Below, piece by piece: positions 18,623 through 28,034 of a stretch of DNA of 64,000 nt. The stretch is from Vulcanimicrobiota bacterium (GTDB lineage: Bacteria; Vulcanimicrobiota; Vulcanimicrobiia; Vulcanimicrobiales; Vulcanimicrobiaceae). The translations under genes and the position numbers were made by a program. Numbering within the stretch: the stretch's first letter is position 1; every line of letters starts with the position of its first letter. The notes under the pieces were generated by a model. It searched no databases, was not told the origin of the DNA, and saw only the letters and a list, made by a program, of their open reading frames with translations. The stretch lies in the NCBI GenBank assembly GCA_003135555.1, contig PLCF01000085.1, positions 88,587-152,586 of the forward strand. The letters run 5' to 3'.

Positions 18623-19210
18623 ATGGACGGACTGGAATGGACGGCCAGCGCGATGCGTGCGGCTCGGGCGCAGCTCGACCTCGCCACGCACAACCTGGCC
18701 AACGCCTCGACCGACGGTTACCGTAAGGCTGTCGCCCACGTCGCGCTGACCGCGCGCGGCCTCGCGGTCGCGTCGCAGGTCACCGACGAACAGGGCGCGG
18801 TCCGCACCACCGGGCGGCGCTTCGATCTCACGCTGCTCGGCGCGGGTGCGTTCCGGGTCGGCCAGGGCTCGACGCGCGAGGGCGCGTTCACCCGCAGTCG
18901 CGACGGCTTGCTGACCGACGACCGCGGGCGCGCTTTGCACGGCGCGTGCGGCGCGTTGCGCGTCTCCGCGGAAGCGACGATCGCCGCCGACGGCAGCGTG
19001 CTCGACCACGGCCGCGTCGTCGACCGCATCCCGCTCCCGGCGGGAACGCACGTGCTCCCCGGCGCGCTCGAGTCGAGCACTGTCAACCCGATCGATGAGA
19101 CGCTGGCGATTCTGGGCGCGCAGCGCGCCTTCGAGACGGCGCAGCGGACCTTGCTCGCGATCGATGCGACCCGCGAAAAGTCGGCCAACGACGTGGCGCG
19201 CGTCCAATGA
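18623..19210 (+). CDS. flgF: Flagellar basal-body rod protein, FlgF-like
   Basis: LDLATHNLANASTDGY, TGRRFDL, TREGAF, GALESSTVN..AQRAFE. Confidence 0.75.
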   Translation: MDGLEWTASAMRAARAQLDLATHNLANASTDGYRKAVAHVALTARGLAVASQVTDEQGAVRTTGRRFDLTLLGAGAFRVGQGSTREGAFTRSRDGLLTDDRGRALHGACGALRVSAEATIAADGSVLDHGRVVDRIPLPAGTHVLPGALESSTVNPIDETLAILGAQRAFETAQRTLLAIDATREKSANDVARVQ

Positions 19211-19932
19211 ACCGCGCCATGTTCGCGGCGGCGAGCGGGATGGCGGCGCAGCAGACGCAGCTCGAGATCGTCGCCGACAACCTCGCCAATGCCGACGTCG
19301 CCGGTTTCAAGGGTGCCAGCGCGACCTTCGCCGACGTGCGCGCCGGCGCGCTGGGGTTGGGGACGACCAGCGTCGGCAAGCACGCCGTGTTCGCGCAAGG
19401 AAAGCTCGTGCGCAGCGGCGGCCCGTTCGATCTGGCGATCGACGGACCGGGCTTCTTCGCTGTGGAGCGCCACGGCGCGCGCGGTTACACCCGCAACGGC
19501 GAGTTCGCTCGCGACGCCGACGGAACGCTGCGCAATAGTGCCGGCTGGGCGCTCTCGGGCGTGCGCATCCCCGCCGGCGCGCTGGCTGCGCGGGTCGAGC
19601 GCGACGGGCGCGTCGTGATCGACACCGCGGCTGCGAAGGGACGCACCGTTGCGCATTTGCGCCTAGCGGCCTTTGCTTCGCCTGAGGCATTGCGCCCGCT
19701 CGGTGCGACGCTGTTCGCGGCGACCGAGGGATCGGGACGCGCGCGCCTGTTCGCGCCCGGCGCGCACGATGGTCCGTCGATCGCGTTCGGGATGCTCGAA
19801 CGCTCCAACGTCTCGATCATCGAGGCGATGATGCAGATCCTCGGCGCGCAGCGCGCGTACGAGGCGAACGCCAAAGGGGTGCAAGCCGCCGATGAGATGC
19901 TGCGGATCGCCAACAACCTCCACCGCGGCTGA
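19207..19932 (+). CDS. flgG: Flagellar basal-body rod protein, FlgG-like
   Basis: AASGM..QQTQLEIVADNLANAD..GFK, DLAIDGPGFF, YTRNGEF, LERSNVS..AQRAYEANAK. Confidence 0.85.
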   Translation: MNRAMFAAASGMAAQQTQLEIVADNLANADVAGFKGASATFADVRAGALGLGTTSVGKHAVFAQGKLVRSGGPFDLAIDGPGFFAVERHGARGYTRNGEFARDADGTLRNSAGWALSGVRIPAGALAARVERDGRVVIDTAAAKGRTVAHLRLAAFASPEALRPLGATLFAATEGSGRARLFAPGAHDGPSIAFGMLERSNVSIIEAMMQILGAQRAYEANAKGVQAADEMLRIANNLHRG

Positions 19933-19957
19933 GCCCGCGGCCATCCGCGCGCAGGAT

Positions 19958-20077
19958 GTGGTCAACGCGGTCCTGTTCCGCGAGATTCTCAAGCCGCTGG
20001 CGCAGGGGCTCGGCCCGCTTGCGGAGGTCGCGCTGGGGGCGGTCGCGGACGAGCTGTTCGTGCGCCCGCGCCGATGA
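19958..20077 (+). CDS. Very small protein, possibly a minimal FlgJ-like rod-binding protein
   Basis: VNAVLFREILKPLAQGLG between flgG and fliA; ATGA overlap with fliA; start uncertain. Confidence 0.4.
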   Translation: MVNAVLFREILKPLAQGLGPLAEVALGAVADELFVRPRR

Positions 20078-20766
20078 GCGTCGACACACGTGAGGCGCGC
20101 ATTCGGGAGCTGCTGCCGCTGGTGCGGCAGGTGGCGCGGCGCGTCCGCCGGATGGTTCCCGGCGCCGAGGTCGACGAGCTCGTCGGCGACGGTAACGTCG
20201 GACTGATCCGCGCCGTCGACAGCTTCGATCCGGCTCGCGGCGTTCCGCTCGAGCAGTACGCGCGCCGCGTGATCCTGGGTGCCATGCTCAACGGCGTGCG
20301 CCGGATGGATCCGGTCGCGGAGCGAATGCGCCGCACGATCCGCATCGCCGAGCGAGCGCGCTACGCGCTCGCGCATCGGCTGGGGACGCTTCCGACGTAC
20401 AACGCGATGGAAGCGCAGGTGCCGGCGCTCGCGCGGGCGCGCACCGAGGCGCATCGCCGCGTCCCGCTCTCGCTCGACGCGCCGTTGCCGATCGGCGAGC
20501 GGCTCGCGCCCGATGCGAGCGGTGACCCGCAAGCGGTCGTCGCCGCAGCGGTCGAGCGCGAACGGTTGCGCGGCGCGATCGCGGCGCTGCCGCAGCGCCA
20601 GCGCCACATCGTGCTCGCGCACTATTTCTGCGAGCGGCCGCTGCGCGAGCTGGTGGCGCCGCTCCACGTCTCGCCGCAGCGCGTCTCGCAGTTGCACCTG
20701 CTCGCGGTCGCGCGGCTGCGCGCTGCACTGACGGATGTCACGCTGCGCGCGAGCTCGGGCCCGTGA
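20074..20766 (+). CDS. fliA: Sigma-70 family factor, FliA/WhiG (sigma-28)-like
   Basis: DELVGDGNVGLIRAVDSFDPARG, RVILGAMLNGVRRMD, SLDAP, region 4 VSPQRVSQLH. Confidence 0.82.
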   Translation: MSVDTREARIRELLPLVRQVARRVRRMVPGAEVDELVGDGNVGLIRAVDSFDPARGVPLEQYARRVILGAMLNGVRRMDPVAERMRRTIRIAERARYALAHRLGTLPTYNAMEAQVPALARARTEAHRRVPLSLDAPLPIGERLAPDASGDPQAVVAAAVERERLRGAIAALPQRQRHIVLAHYFCERPLRELVAPLHVSPQRVSQLHLLAVARLRAALTDVTLRASSGP

Positions 20767-21062
20767 AGGACGCCGCCGCCCCCGGTCCCCCGCGCGAGCC
20801 GTTGCTCGCGGCGGCAACCCCGGCCGTCCTCACCGCCCCGTTGGGGCCGTATGCGGACGTCGAGCCGGCGTCGTTGCCGCGCGACCACCCCGCCTGGCCA
20901 CGCGACGTGCTCGCGGTCTCGGCGCGCGTGCGCGCCGTCATTGCGCAGCTGCGTCCGGTCGTCGTGCGCGTGCTGTCGTTTTGGGACCACGCCGTCCGCG
21001 GCGTCACCGTCGGCGCCCGGCGCCTCGAGATCGACCCGAGCGGCTGCTATCGCCTGCGTTAA
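20763..21062 (+). CDS. Hypothetical protein (99 aa)
   Basis: GTGA overlap with fliA; no recognisable motif. Confidence 0.5.
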   Translation: MKDAAAPGPPREPLLAAATPAVLTAPLGPYADVEPASLPRDHPAWPRDVLAVSARVRAVIAQLRPVVVRVLSFWDHAVRGVTVGARRLEIDPSGCYRLR

Positions 21063-21155
21063 AGTCCGCTTCCCAAGCGAGGGCTGATATGGGCTAATCC
21101 CGACTGTTTTGAGGCAGTGGCTCATTTGCGCCACAAATCCGTTGGGAGATTCACC

Positions 21156-21293
21156 ATGACCACCATCCTGCTGGCTGCCGCCATCGTGGCGGGCCTGCTC
21201 TTGGGCGCCCCCGCGACCGGCGCCAACTCGGCGGCGACGAACACCCCAGCCTCGAGCAGCGATGCTCTTTCCGGAAACGGGCCTCCGGGATAG
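21156..21293 (+). CDS. Small secreted peptide MTTILLAAAIVAGLLLGAPATGANSAATNTPASSSDALSGNGPPG (45 aa)
   Basis: Translated by hand; GGGAGA RBS before ATG; hydrophobic signal-like N-half and polar Gly/Pro C-terminus; followed by a terminator. Confidence 0.8.
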   Translation: MTTILLAAAIVAGLLLGAPATGANSAATNTPASSSDALSGNGPPG

Positions 21294-21307
21294 CCTGTTC
21301 TAGGCAG

Positions 21308-21340
21308 GAGGAGGCGCCCGTGGTGGCGCCTCCTCTCTTT
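21308..21340 (+). terminator. Intrinsic terminator between the peptide gene and the TPR-LuxR gene
   Basis: Perfect 11-bp stem GAGGAGGCGCC/GGCGCCTCCTC, 6-nt loop, followed by TCTTT. Confidence 0.75.
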
Positions 21341-21347
21341 GGTCACC

Positions 21348-22904
21348 ATGCCCCGAGCTATTCGAGCCGAGCCGAAGCTGGAGCACGCCGTCACGGCGTT
21401 CGAGCAAGGCCGTTATGAAGAGGCCCGAGAGGTCGCGTCCCGATTAGCGGCGCGTCCAGGCGCGGTCGCGCTCGATGCGACGTTGCTAGCGGCGCGCGTC
21501 GACCTACGGCTGGGTGACGTCGCGGCGGTGATCGAGCGGCTCGAACCGCTGGCTCGCCGCTTGCCGCCCGACGTGACGGCGCAGACGTTGCTCGGTATCG
21601 CATTGTTCCGGCAGGGTGAGGAGTCGAGGGGTGCGCTTATGATCGAAAACGCGCATGCGGGCGCGCGCGATGCCGTGGGGCGATCCGAGGCCGCTTACTA
21701 CCGCGCCTGGGCCGCCTACGCGCAGCGCCGGCTCGACGACGCCGAACGCTGGATCGCCGAATCGCTCGACGACGCGCAGGGCGTCGTGTACGCACGCGGG
21801 CTCGCGCTGAGCGCGTGGGTGGTCGAGGCGCGTGGTGACTATCCCGGCGCGGCCCGCGCATTTCGGCTCGCGCTGGCCGCACTGCGCAGCGGCACCGAAC
21901 GCGACGACGAGCTCGTCGCGCGCATCCTGCACATGCTTGCGGTGTTCGCAGCCGAGCTTCCCGACGCGTCGCTCGCGGCGTACTTTCGGACCCAGCAGCA
22001 CGGGTTCGCGTGGCCGCCCAGCCGGGTCGACGACGCCTTTAACGCGCAGCTGCACTCGGGTTTGGCCTTCGTCAACGACGGCGACGCCGACGCCGCATTC
22101 GATGCGTTCGACGCGGCCGAAGGCGTCGCGGCGGAGCGCTCCGTGCTCGCCGCGCAGGCGCGGCTGGAGACGGCCGAGCTGTTTCGCGTGCTGGGCGAAG
22201 CGACCGCAGCGCGCCGCGCGATGCGTGCGGCGTCGCAGATGTTGCGCGCCGTCGCCTGGAACGAGGCCGGCATCGCGGAACACATGGGGCTGCTCGAGGC
22301 GACCTGCGTCGCGGCGCGCTTGGATCCGATGACGGCGTCGGAGTGGCTCGTTCGCTACGCGGCGCTCCCCAAGAACGATGTGAGTTGGCATGCGCTCACG
22401 GGCGACATGCGGGTCGCGGCGACCGAGCTGCACGCGCGGGGGATCGTCGAAGCCGCTTTGGGCCGCAAGAACGGCGTGGCGCGGCTGCATGAAGCATTCG
22501 CGCTGTGGCAGCGGCTCGGATACCGCCGGCGCGCCGCCTATGCCGCCGCCGATCTGGCCGCCGCCGGAGACACCGCGAGCGGGGATCGGATTGCCTCGCT
22601 GCTGGAAAAAGCGCCGCATCATCCGCTGCTCGCGCAGCGCCACGGCGGGGCCTCCGGCCTGCCGCACTCCGCGTCGGCCGCGCCGCGCGCGAACGCCTCG
22701 GCGGCGGAACGAAAGGTTCTCGAGGCGCTATGCGCGGGCTGGTCGGTTCGTCAGATGGCGCAGGAATGGGACCGCAGCGAGTTCACGATCCGTAACCACC
22801 TCAAACGCTTGTTCGCGAAGTACGGTGTGCGCAGCTCCGCGGCGCTGGTGGCCAAGGCGATGAGCGGCGGCGCCGCGGCACCGCCGCTGGAGCGCGTGCC
22901 CTAG
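21348..22904 (+). CDS. TPR-like helical-repeat protein with C-terminal LuxR HTH
   Basis: AFEQGRYEEA, AQTLLGIALFRQG, AAYYRAWAAYAQRRLDDA TPR-like helices; SAAERKVLEALCAGWSVRQMA..RSEFTIRNHLKRLFAKYGV HTH; no NTPase or receiver motif. Confidence 0.85.
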   Translation: MPRAIRAEPKLEHAVTAFEQGRYEEAREVASRLAARPGAVALDATLLAARVDLRLGDVAAVIERLEPLARRLPPDVTAQTLLGIALFRQGEESRGALMIENAHAGARDAVGRSEAAYYRAWAAYAQRRLDDAERWIAESLDDAQGVVYARGLALSAWVVEARGDYPGAARAFRLALAALRSGTERDDELVARILHMLAVFAAELPDASLAAYFRTQQHGFAWPPSRVDDAFNAQLHSGLAFVNDGDADAAFDAFDAAEGVAAERSVLAAQARLETAELFRVLGEATAARRAMRAASQMLRAVAWNEAGIAEHMGLLEATCVAARLDPMTASEWLVRYAALPKNDVSWHALTGDMRVAATELHARGIVEAALGRKNGVARLHEAFALWQRLGYRRRAAYAAADLAAAGDTASGDRIASLLEKAPHHPLLAQRHGGASGLPHSASAAPRANASAAERKVLEALCAGWSVRQMAQEWDRSEFTIRNHLKRLFAKYGVRSSAALVAKAMSGGAAAPPLERVP

Positions 22905-22915
22905 CCCTGTCGAGG

Positions 22916-23731
22916 TCAGGGGAGGTTCGCGACGATCCCTTCGATCATGCGAGCTACGTTCTCCGCGCTGCGCGCGGACGCTTCGAGAACCTCCTCGTGC
23001 GAGGTCGCCGCCCCGCTGCCGTGGACGTTGGTGATGAGCGAGAAGCCGACGACGTCGCGCCCCAACGCACGGGCGGCGATCGTTTCGAGGACCGTCGACA
23101 TACCGACCGCGTCGGCGCCGATCGTGCGCAGGTAGCGCGCCTCGGCCGGAGTCTCGTAGGCCGGCCCGACGAGTCCGGCATACACCCCCTCGCGCAACGT
23201 GATCGCGTACTCCGCCGCCATGTGGCGGGCCAGCTCGCGCAGGCGCGGCGCGTACGCGTCGACCATGTCGACGAAGCGTGCGTTCGCGCCCGTCAGTAGC
23301 TCCGGGCCGATCAGCGGGCTGGTACCGGTGAGGTTGAGCTGATCGGCGAGCAGCATCAAGTCGCCCGTCTGGTAGTCGGGATTGACGCCGCCCGCGGCGT
23401 TGGTCAGGACGAACGTGTGCGCGCCTGCGTGCGCCGCCGCCACCACGGGATAGACGACGTCGTCGGTGTCGCGCCCCTCGTAGAGGTGAAAGCGGCCGCT
23501 GAACGCGACGATGCGGCGCCCGTGCAAGACGCCGATGTGCGCTTCACCGGCGTGGCCCGCGACGCGCGCCTCCGGCATCCCGGCGATCTTCTTGTACGGG
23601 ACCGTGATGCCGCCGAGCCGCTCGCTCAACACCGCACCCAGCCCCGAACCCAGGACGATCGCGCAATCCAGCTCGCCGCCCGCTTTGTCGCGCAGGTACT
23701 CGGCCGCGATTTCGAGTCGCTTGCGTTTCAT
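22916..23731 (-). CDS. punA: Purine-nucleoside phosphorylase (trimeric type)
   Basis: VLGSGLG, GRFHLYEG, TNAAGG, GPAYETPAE, VGMSTVLE motifs. Confidence 0.94.
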   Translation of the reverse strand: MKRKRLEIAAEYLRDKAGGELDCAIVLGSGLGAVLSERLGGITVPYKKIAGMPEARVAGHAGEAHIGVLHGRRIVAFSGRFHLYEGRDTDDVVYPVVAAAHAGAHTFVLTNAAGGVNPDYQTGDLMLLADQLNLTGTSPLIGPELLTGANARFVDMVDAYAPRLRELARHMAAEYAITLREGVYAGLVGPAYETPAEARYLRTIGADAVGMSTVLETIAARALGRDVVGFSLITNVHGSGAATSHEEVLEASARSAENVARMIEGIVANLP

Positions 23732-25290
23732 GGCCGCGCGTCCTGTGCGTGTGGCGGCATGCCGGGCACGAGCAAGTTGGTCCCGGTCATCTCGTGCGGC
23801 ACCGCCAGGCCGAGCAGTGGTAACAGCGTGGGGGCGAGGTCGCCCAGCTTCCCTGCGGCGCCCAACGTGCCCAATGGTTGCGCGCAGATCAACACCAGCG
23901 GCACGGGATTGGTCGTGTGCGCGGTGAGCGGTTTGCTGTCGGCATCGAGCTTTTCCTCAGCGTTGCCGTGGTCCGACGTGAGCACCAGGATCCCGCCCGC
24001 CTTGATCACGGCCTGCTCCAGGCGGCCCAATGCGACGTCGAGCGTCTCGAGCGCGGAGATCGTGGCGTCCCAGACGCCGGTGTGCCCGACCATGTCGGCG
24101 TTGGCGTAGTTCATGACGATCACGTCGTGGCGGTGGTGCGCGACGTCTTCGACCGCCGCCGTGGTGATGTCGGATGCCGACATCTCCGGCGCGAGGTCGT
24201 ACGTCGCGACGCTGCGGTTCGAAGGGATCAAGATGCGGTCTTCGCCCGGGAACACGTCCTCGCGGCCGCCGTTGAAAAAATAGGTCACGTGCGCGTACTT
24301 CTCGGTTTCCGCGAGCCGCAGCTGCGTCAGCCCCGCGTCGGAGACGATCTCGCCGAAGACGTGGTACTGCGGCCGCGGTCCGAACAGCACCGGGTTGGGA
24401 AAGTTCTCCTCGTAACGCGTCATGGTTGCGAACACGAGGTCGGCGTAGCGGCGCGCCGGGAAGTGGTCGAAGGCCGGATCGCTGAACGCCAGGGTGAGCT
24501 GGCGTGCGCGGTCCGGGCGGTAGTTGAAGAAGATGCACGCGTCGCCGTCCCGCACCGAGCGCGCGTCGCCGACGATCGTGGGCACCACGAACTCGTCGGT
24601 CTCGCCGCGTGCGTACGCCGCCGCCAGCGCCTCGCGCCACGTTGCAAAGCGATGCGGCGATTCGTCACCGGCGAGCGCATCGTAGGCCTTGCGCGTGCGC
24701 TCCCAGCGCTTGTCGCGATCCATCGCGTAGTAGCGCCCGCTCAGCGTCGCGATCGCGTCGCCGCGGCCGTGCTGGGTCAACCGGCGCTCGAGCCGCTCGA
24801 GGTATGCTTGCGCGGAGCTGGGCGGGGTGTCGCGGCCGTCCAGGAACGCATCGATCGCCAGCCTGACGCCGGCACCGCACGCCGCGTCGACGAGCGCTTC
24901 GACGTGATCGAGCGAGCTGTGGACCTTCCCGTCCGAGACCAGACCCATCAGGTGCAGCGTCCCGCCCGTCTTGCCGACGTGCTCCAGACACGCGTGCAGC
25001 GTCGGGTTCGCCGCGAACCTGCCGCCGGCGATCTCCTCGTCGATCACCACGACGCCTTGCGGAACGACCCGTCCGCTACCGATGTTGATGTGGCCGACCT
25101 CGCTGTTGCCCATCACCCCCGCGGGGAGTCCGACCGCCTCGCCGCTGGCCTCGAGCAGCGTGTTCGGATAGCTGGCCAAGATGCGGTTCCAGTTCGGCAG
25201 GTCGGCGGCGAGGATCGCGTTGCCGTGCACGGTGGTCGTTGTTCCCCAGCCGTCGAGGATCGCCAAGACGAACGGCGGGCGCCCTTTCAC
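23728..25290 (-). CDS. gpmI: 2,3-bisphosphoglycerate-independent phosphoglycerate mutase
   Basis: [46 protein letters not shown]. Confidence 0.97.
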   Translation of the reverse strand: MKGRPPFVLAILDGWGTTTTVHGNAILAADLPNWNRILASYPNTLLEASGEAVGLPAGVMGNSEVGHINIGSGRVVPQGVVVIDEEIAGGRFAANPTLHACLEHVGKTGGTLHLMGLVSDGKVHSSLDHVEALVDAACGAGVRLAIDAFLDGRDTPPSSAQAYLERLERRLTQHGRGDAIATLSGRYYAMDRDKRWERTRKAYDALAGDESPHRFATWREALAAAYARGETDEFVVPTIVGDARSVRDGDACIFFNYRPDRARQLTLAFSDPAFDHFPARRYADLVFATMTRYEENFPNPVLFGPRPQYHVFGEIVSDAGLTQLRLAETEKYAHVTYFFNGGREDVFPGEDRILIPSNRSVATYDLAPEMSASDITTAAVEDVAHHRHDVIVMNYANADMVGHTGVWDATISALETLDVALGRLEQAVIKAGGILVLTSDHGNAEEKLDADSKPLTAHTTNPVPLVLICAQPLGTLGAAGKLGDLAPTLLPLLGLAVPHEMTGTNLLVPGMPPHAQDARP

Positions 25291-26057
25291 GCTGCAACGC
25301 CTTTGCGCGCGCCGTCGAGCAGCGCCGCGAACGACGCCGGCTCGAGGCTGGCACCCCCGACGAGCCCGCCGTCGATGTTGGGTTGCGCAACGAACGCCGC
25401 CACGTTCTCGGGCCTGACGCTCCCGCCGTACAGCACGCGCACCTGCGCAAGCCCGGGGACGGCGGTGCGGATCTCGCCCATGATCTCGTCGGCCTCCTCG
25501 GGGGTATCGGCGATCCCGGTCCCGATCGCCCAGATCGGCTCGTAGGCCACGACGCAGCGCGCGACGTCGTCGCGCGGCATGCCCTCGAAGGCGGCGCGCA
25601 CTTGCGCGACGACTTTATCGCGCGCACCTCCGGCCGCGTGTTCCTGCGCGGTCTCGCCGACGGCGACGATCGGCGTGATGCCGTATGCGAGTGCCGCGCG
25701 CGCCTTCTCGTTGACGCGATAGTCGAGCTCACCGAAGAGATGCCGCCGCTCGGAGTGCCCGATGACGACCCACGTCACGCCGCACTCGACGAGCATCGGC
25801 GGCGCGATCTCGCCGGTGAACGCGCCTTCCTCGGCCCAGCCCACGTTTTGCGCTCCGAGACCGATCCCCGACCCCGCGAGCAGCTCGCCCGCCGCACACA
25901 GCGCGGTGAAGGGCGGACAGATCACCGCATCCACCTCGCCCAGCGGGAGGTCGAGCGCGCGCAGCTGCTCGATAAAGGCGCGCGTCTGCGCGATCGTCTT
26001 GTGCATCTTCCAGTTGCCCGCGATAAGCGGTTTGCGTGGGGCTTGCAACGAGGTCAC
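25287..26057 (-). CDS. tpiA: Triosephosphate isomerase
   Basis: [36 protein letters not shown]. Confidence 0.97.
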   Translation of the reverse strand: MTSLQAPRKPLIAGNWKMHKTIAQTRAFIEQLRALDLPLGEVDAVICPPFTALCAAGELLAGSGIGLGAQNVGWAEEGAFTGEIAPPMLVECGVTWVVIGHSERRHLFGELDYRVNEKARAALAYGITPIVAVGETAQEHAAGGARDKVVAQVRAAFEGMPRDDVARCVVAYEPIWAIGTGIADTPEEADEIMGEIRTAVPGLAQVRVLYGGSVRPENVAAFVAQPNIDGGLVGGASLEPASFAALLDGARKGVAA

Positions 26058-27235
26058 CGTTCCAGTGCCGCGATACCGGGGAGGGTCTTGCCTTCGAGGA
26101 ACTCCAGCGTGGCGCCGCCGCCGGTCGAGACGTGCGTCATCGCATCGGCGAAACCCAACAGGTGCGCTGCGGCGGCGGCATCGCCGCCCCCGACCACGCT
26201 GAACGCACCGCGGCGGGTCGCCTCGGCGATCGCCGCTCCCACCACGCGCGTCCCCTCGCGGTAGGGCGCCTTCTCGTAGACGCCCATCGGGCCGTTGAAG
26301 ACGATCGTCTTGGCGCCGCGCAGTACCTCCGCATACGCCCGGGCGGTCTGCGGGCCGATGTCGAGGATCATCGCCGCGCCGACGGCGTCCAGCGCGACCG
26401 TGCGCGCCGTGTCGTCGGCGTCGAAGGCATCGGCGACGACCGCATCGGTGGGAAGGTGGAGCGCGACGCCCTGGGCGACCGACATCGCGATGATCCGTTG
26501 CGCCGGGGTGAGGTCGGGATCGCGCAGCGACGCGCCGACCTCGATGCCTTGCGCGGCGAGAAATGTATTGGCCATCCCGCCGCCGATCACGAACGCATCG
26601 ACTTTCGCTACGAGGTGCTCGAACACGCCGACCTTGTCGACGACTTTGGCACCGCCGATCGCGCATACGAACGGACGCGCCGGCGCGTCGACGAGGCGCG
26701 CGAGTGCCGCCAGCTCGGCTTCCATCAAGAACCCCGCGTATGCCGGGAGCATGGCGGCCACGCCGGCCGTCGACGCGTGCGCGCGGTGGGCCGTGCCGAA
26801 CGCGTCGTTGACGTAGAGGTCTCCCGAGCGCGCCAGTTCGCGGGAGAAGCCGGGATCGTTGGCCTCTTCCTCGGCATGGAAGCGCACGTTCTCGAACACG
26901 GCAAAACCGCCGTCGGGGAGGCTGCGCGACGCGGCGACCGCTGCGTCGCCCACGCAATCCTCGACGAAACGGACCGGCGTTGCGAGCAGCTCGGCGAGCC
27001 GCGCGGCGATCGGGCGCAGCGAGTACGCCGGATCGGGCCCGCCGTCGGGGCGGCCCAAGTGGGACAGGATCACCGTCTTTGCGCCCTGCTCGTGCAGCCA
27101 CCGTAGCGTCGGCAACGCGGCGGTGATGCGGGTCTCGTCGGCGATCGCGCCGGCCTTCATCGGCACGTTGAGGTCCTCGCGCAAGAGCACGCGCCGGCCG
27201 CGCACCTCGGCCTCCCGCAGCGTCTTAAAGCGCAT
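26054..27235 (-). CDS. pgk: Phosphoglycerate kinase
   Basis: [43 protein letters not shown]. Confidence 0.97.
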   Translation of the reverse strand: MRFKTLREAEVRGRRVLLREDLNVPMKAGAIADETRITAALPTLRWLHEQGAKTVILSHLGRPDGGPDPAYSLRPIAARLAELLATPVRFVEDCVGDAAVAASRSLPDGGFAVFENVRFHAEEEANDPGFSRELARSGDLYVNDAFGTAHRAHASTAGVAAMLPAYAGFLMEAELAALARLVDAPARPFVCAIGGAKVVDKVGVFEHLVAKVDAFVIGGGMANTFLAAQGIEVGASLRDPDLTPAQRIIAMSVAQGVALHLPTDAVVADAFDADDTARTVALDAVGAAMILDIGPQTARAYAEVLRGAKTIVFNGPMGVYEKAPYREGTRVVGAAIAEATRRGAFSVVGGGDAAAAAHLLGFADAMTHVSTGGGATLEFLEGKTLPGIAALER

Positions 27236-28005
27236 CAGGCCGAGCCTTCGACGGGGGCGCCGCGATCCCACGGCGCCGCGAGCACCGCGTACGGCGTGCG
27301 GGTCGGCGGACCGCCGGCGAACAGCAGCACCGGCGGTCGCGCGGGCTCGCGCGGCACCGCGAGCAGCGCGCTGCAGACAGTCCCGAAATCGCCGGCGGGC
27401 GCGATGGTCATGGCGCGGTGCGGGTCGGCGTCGTCGTCGTTCCGCAGAATCTCGGTCCAGCTCGCCCACGCGCCCGCCGCCGGATCGGGCGGCGTCGCGG
27501 CGCAAAACGCGGCGAAGTGGGCGGCGTACCGGGGGGCGGTCGGGACGTCGCAACCCTCGGGCGTGATGATGTGGTGGCCCGGTGCGAGCGCATCGACCCG
27601 GATGCGGCGCTCGTCGCTGCTCAACGCGAACGCTTCGCCGCGATCGGCGACGAGCAGCGTGAAGCCGCGATAGCGTTCGGGCGGGAGCGTACCGAGCGCC
27701 GCGGCCGCGCTGCGCGCGTCGCGCGCGCCCAACGCGCGCACGACCAACTCGCCCCGCGTCGCCTTGCCGTGGAGCGGCCCCAGCCGGTAGGGTCCGTTCA
27801 CGATCGTCGCCACGACGCCGTCATCGTTTACCCCGAACCAACTCCCGCCGCCGAGCGCGTCGCGACCCGCAACGATCCCCGGAGCTTCGTCCCAATACCG
27901 GCCCGGCGGGTCGAAGACACGGTCGAGCCGCTCGTCGCGGTTCGCGCCGAGGATCAGCGGCCACGCGCCGTCCGCCGGACGCAGTAGCAACAGCACCGTG
28001 CACAT
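27235..28005 (-). CDS. NRDE/TANGO2 family protein
   Basis: MCT N-terminus, ANRDE, GRD..GGSWFGVN, RGELV, FGTVCS. Confidence 0.9.
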   Translation of the reverse strand: MCTVLLLLRPADGAWPLILGANRDERLDRVFDPPGRYWDEAPGIVAGRDALGGGSWFGVNDDGVVATIVNGPYRLGPLHGKATRGELVVRALGARDARSAAAALGTLPPERYRGFTLLVADRGEAFALSSDERRIRVDALAPGHHIITPEGCDVPTAPRYAAHFAAFCAATPPDPAAGAWASWTEILRNDDDADPHRAMTIAPAGDFGTVCSALLAVPREPARPPVLLFAGGPPTRTPYAVLAAPWDRGAPVEGSA

Positions 28006-28034
28006 CGCTCAGCCGCCGAAACGGTTCGCGGAGC

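Noticed and set aside
21060..21090. Sigma-28-like promoter TAAAGT...GCTGATAT upstream of peptide 1
   Set aside because: Spacer is 19 nt rather than the ~15 nt expected, and the TAAA includes the upstream stop codon
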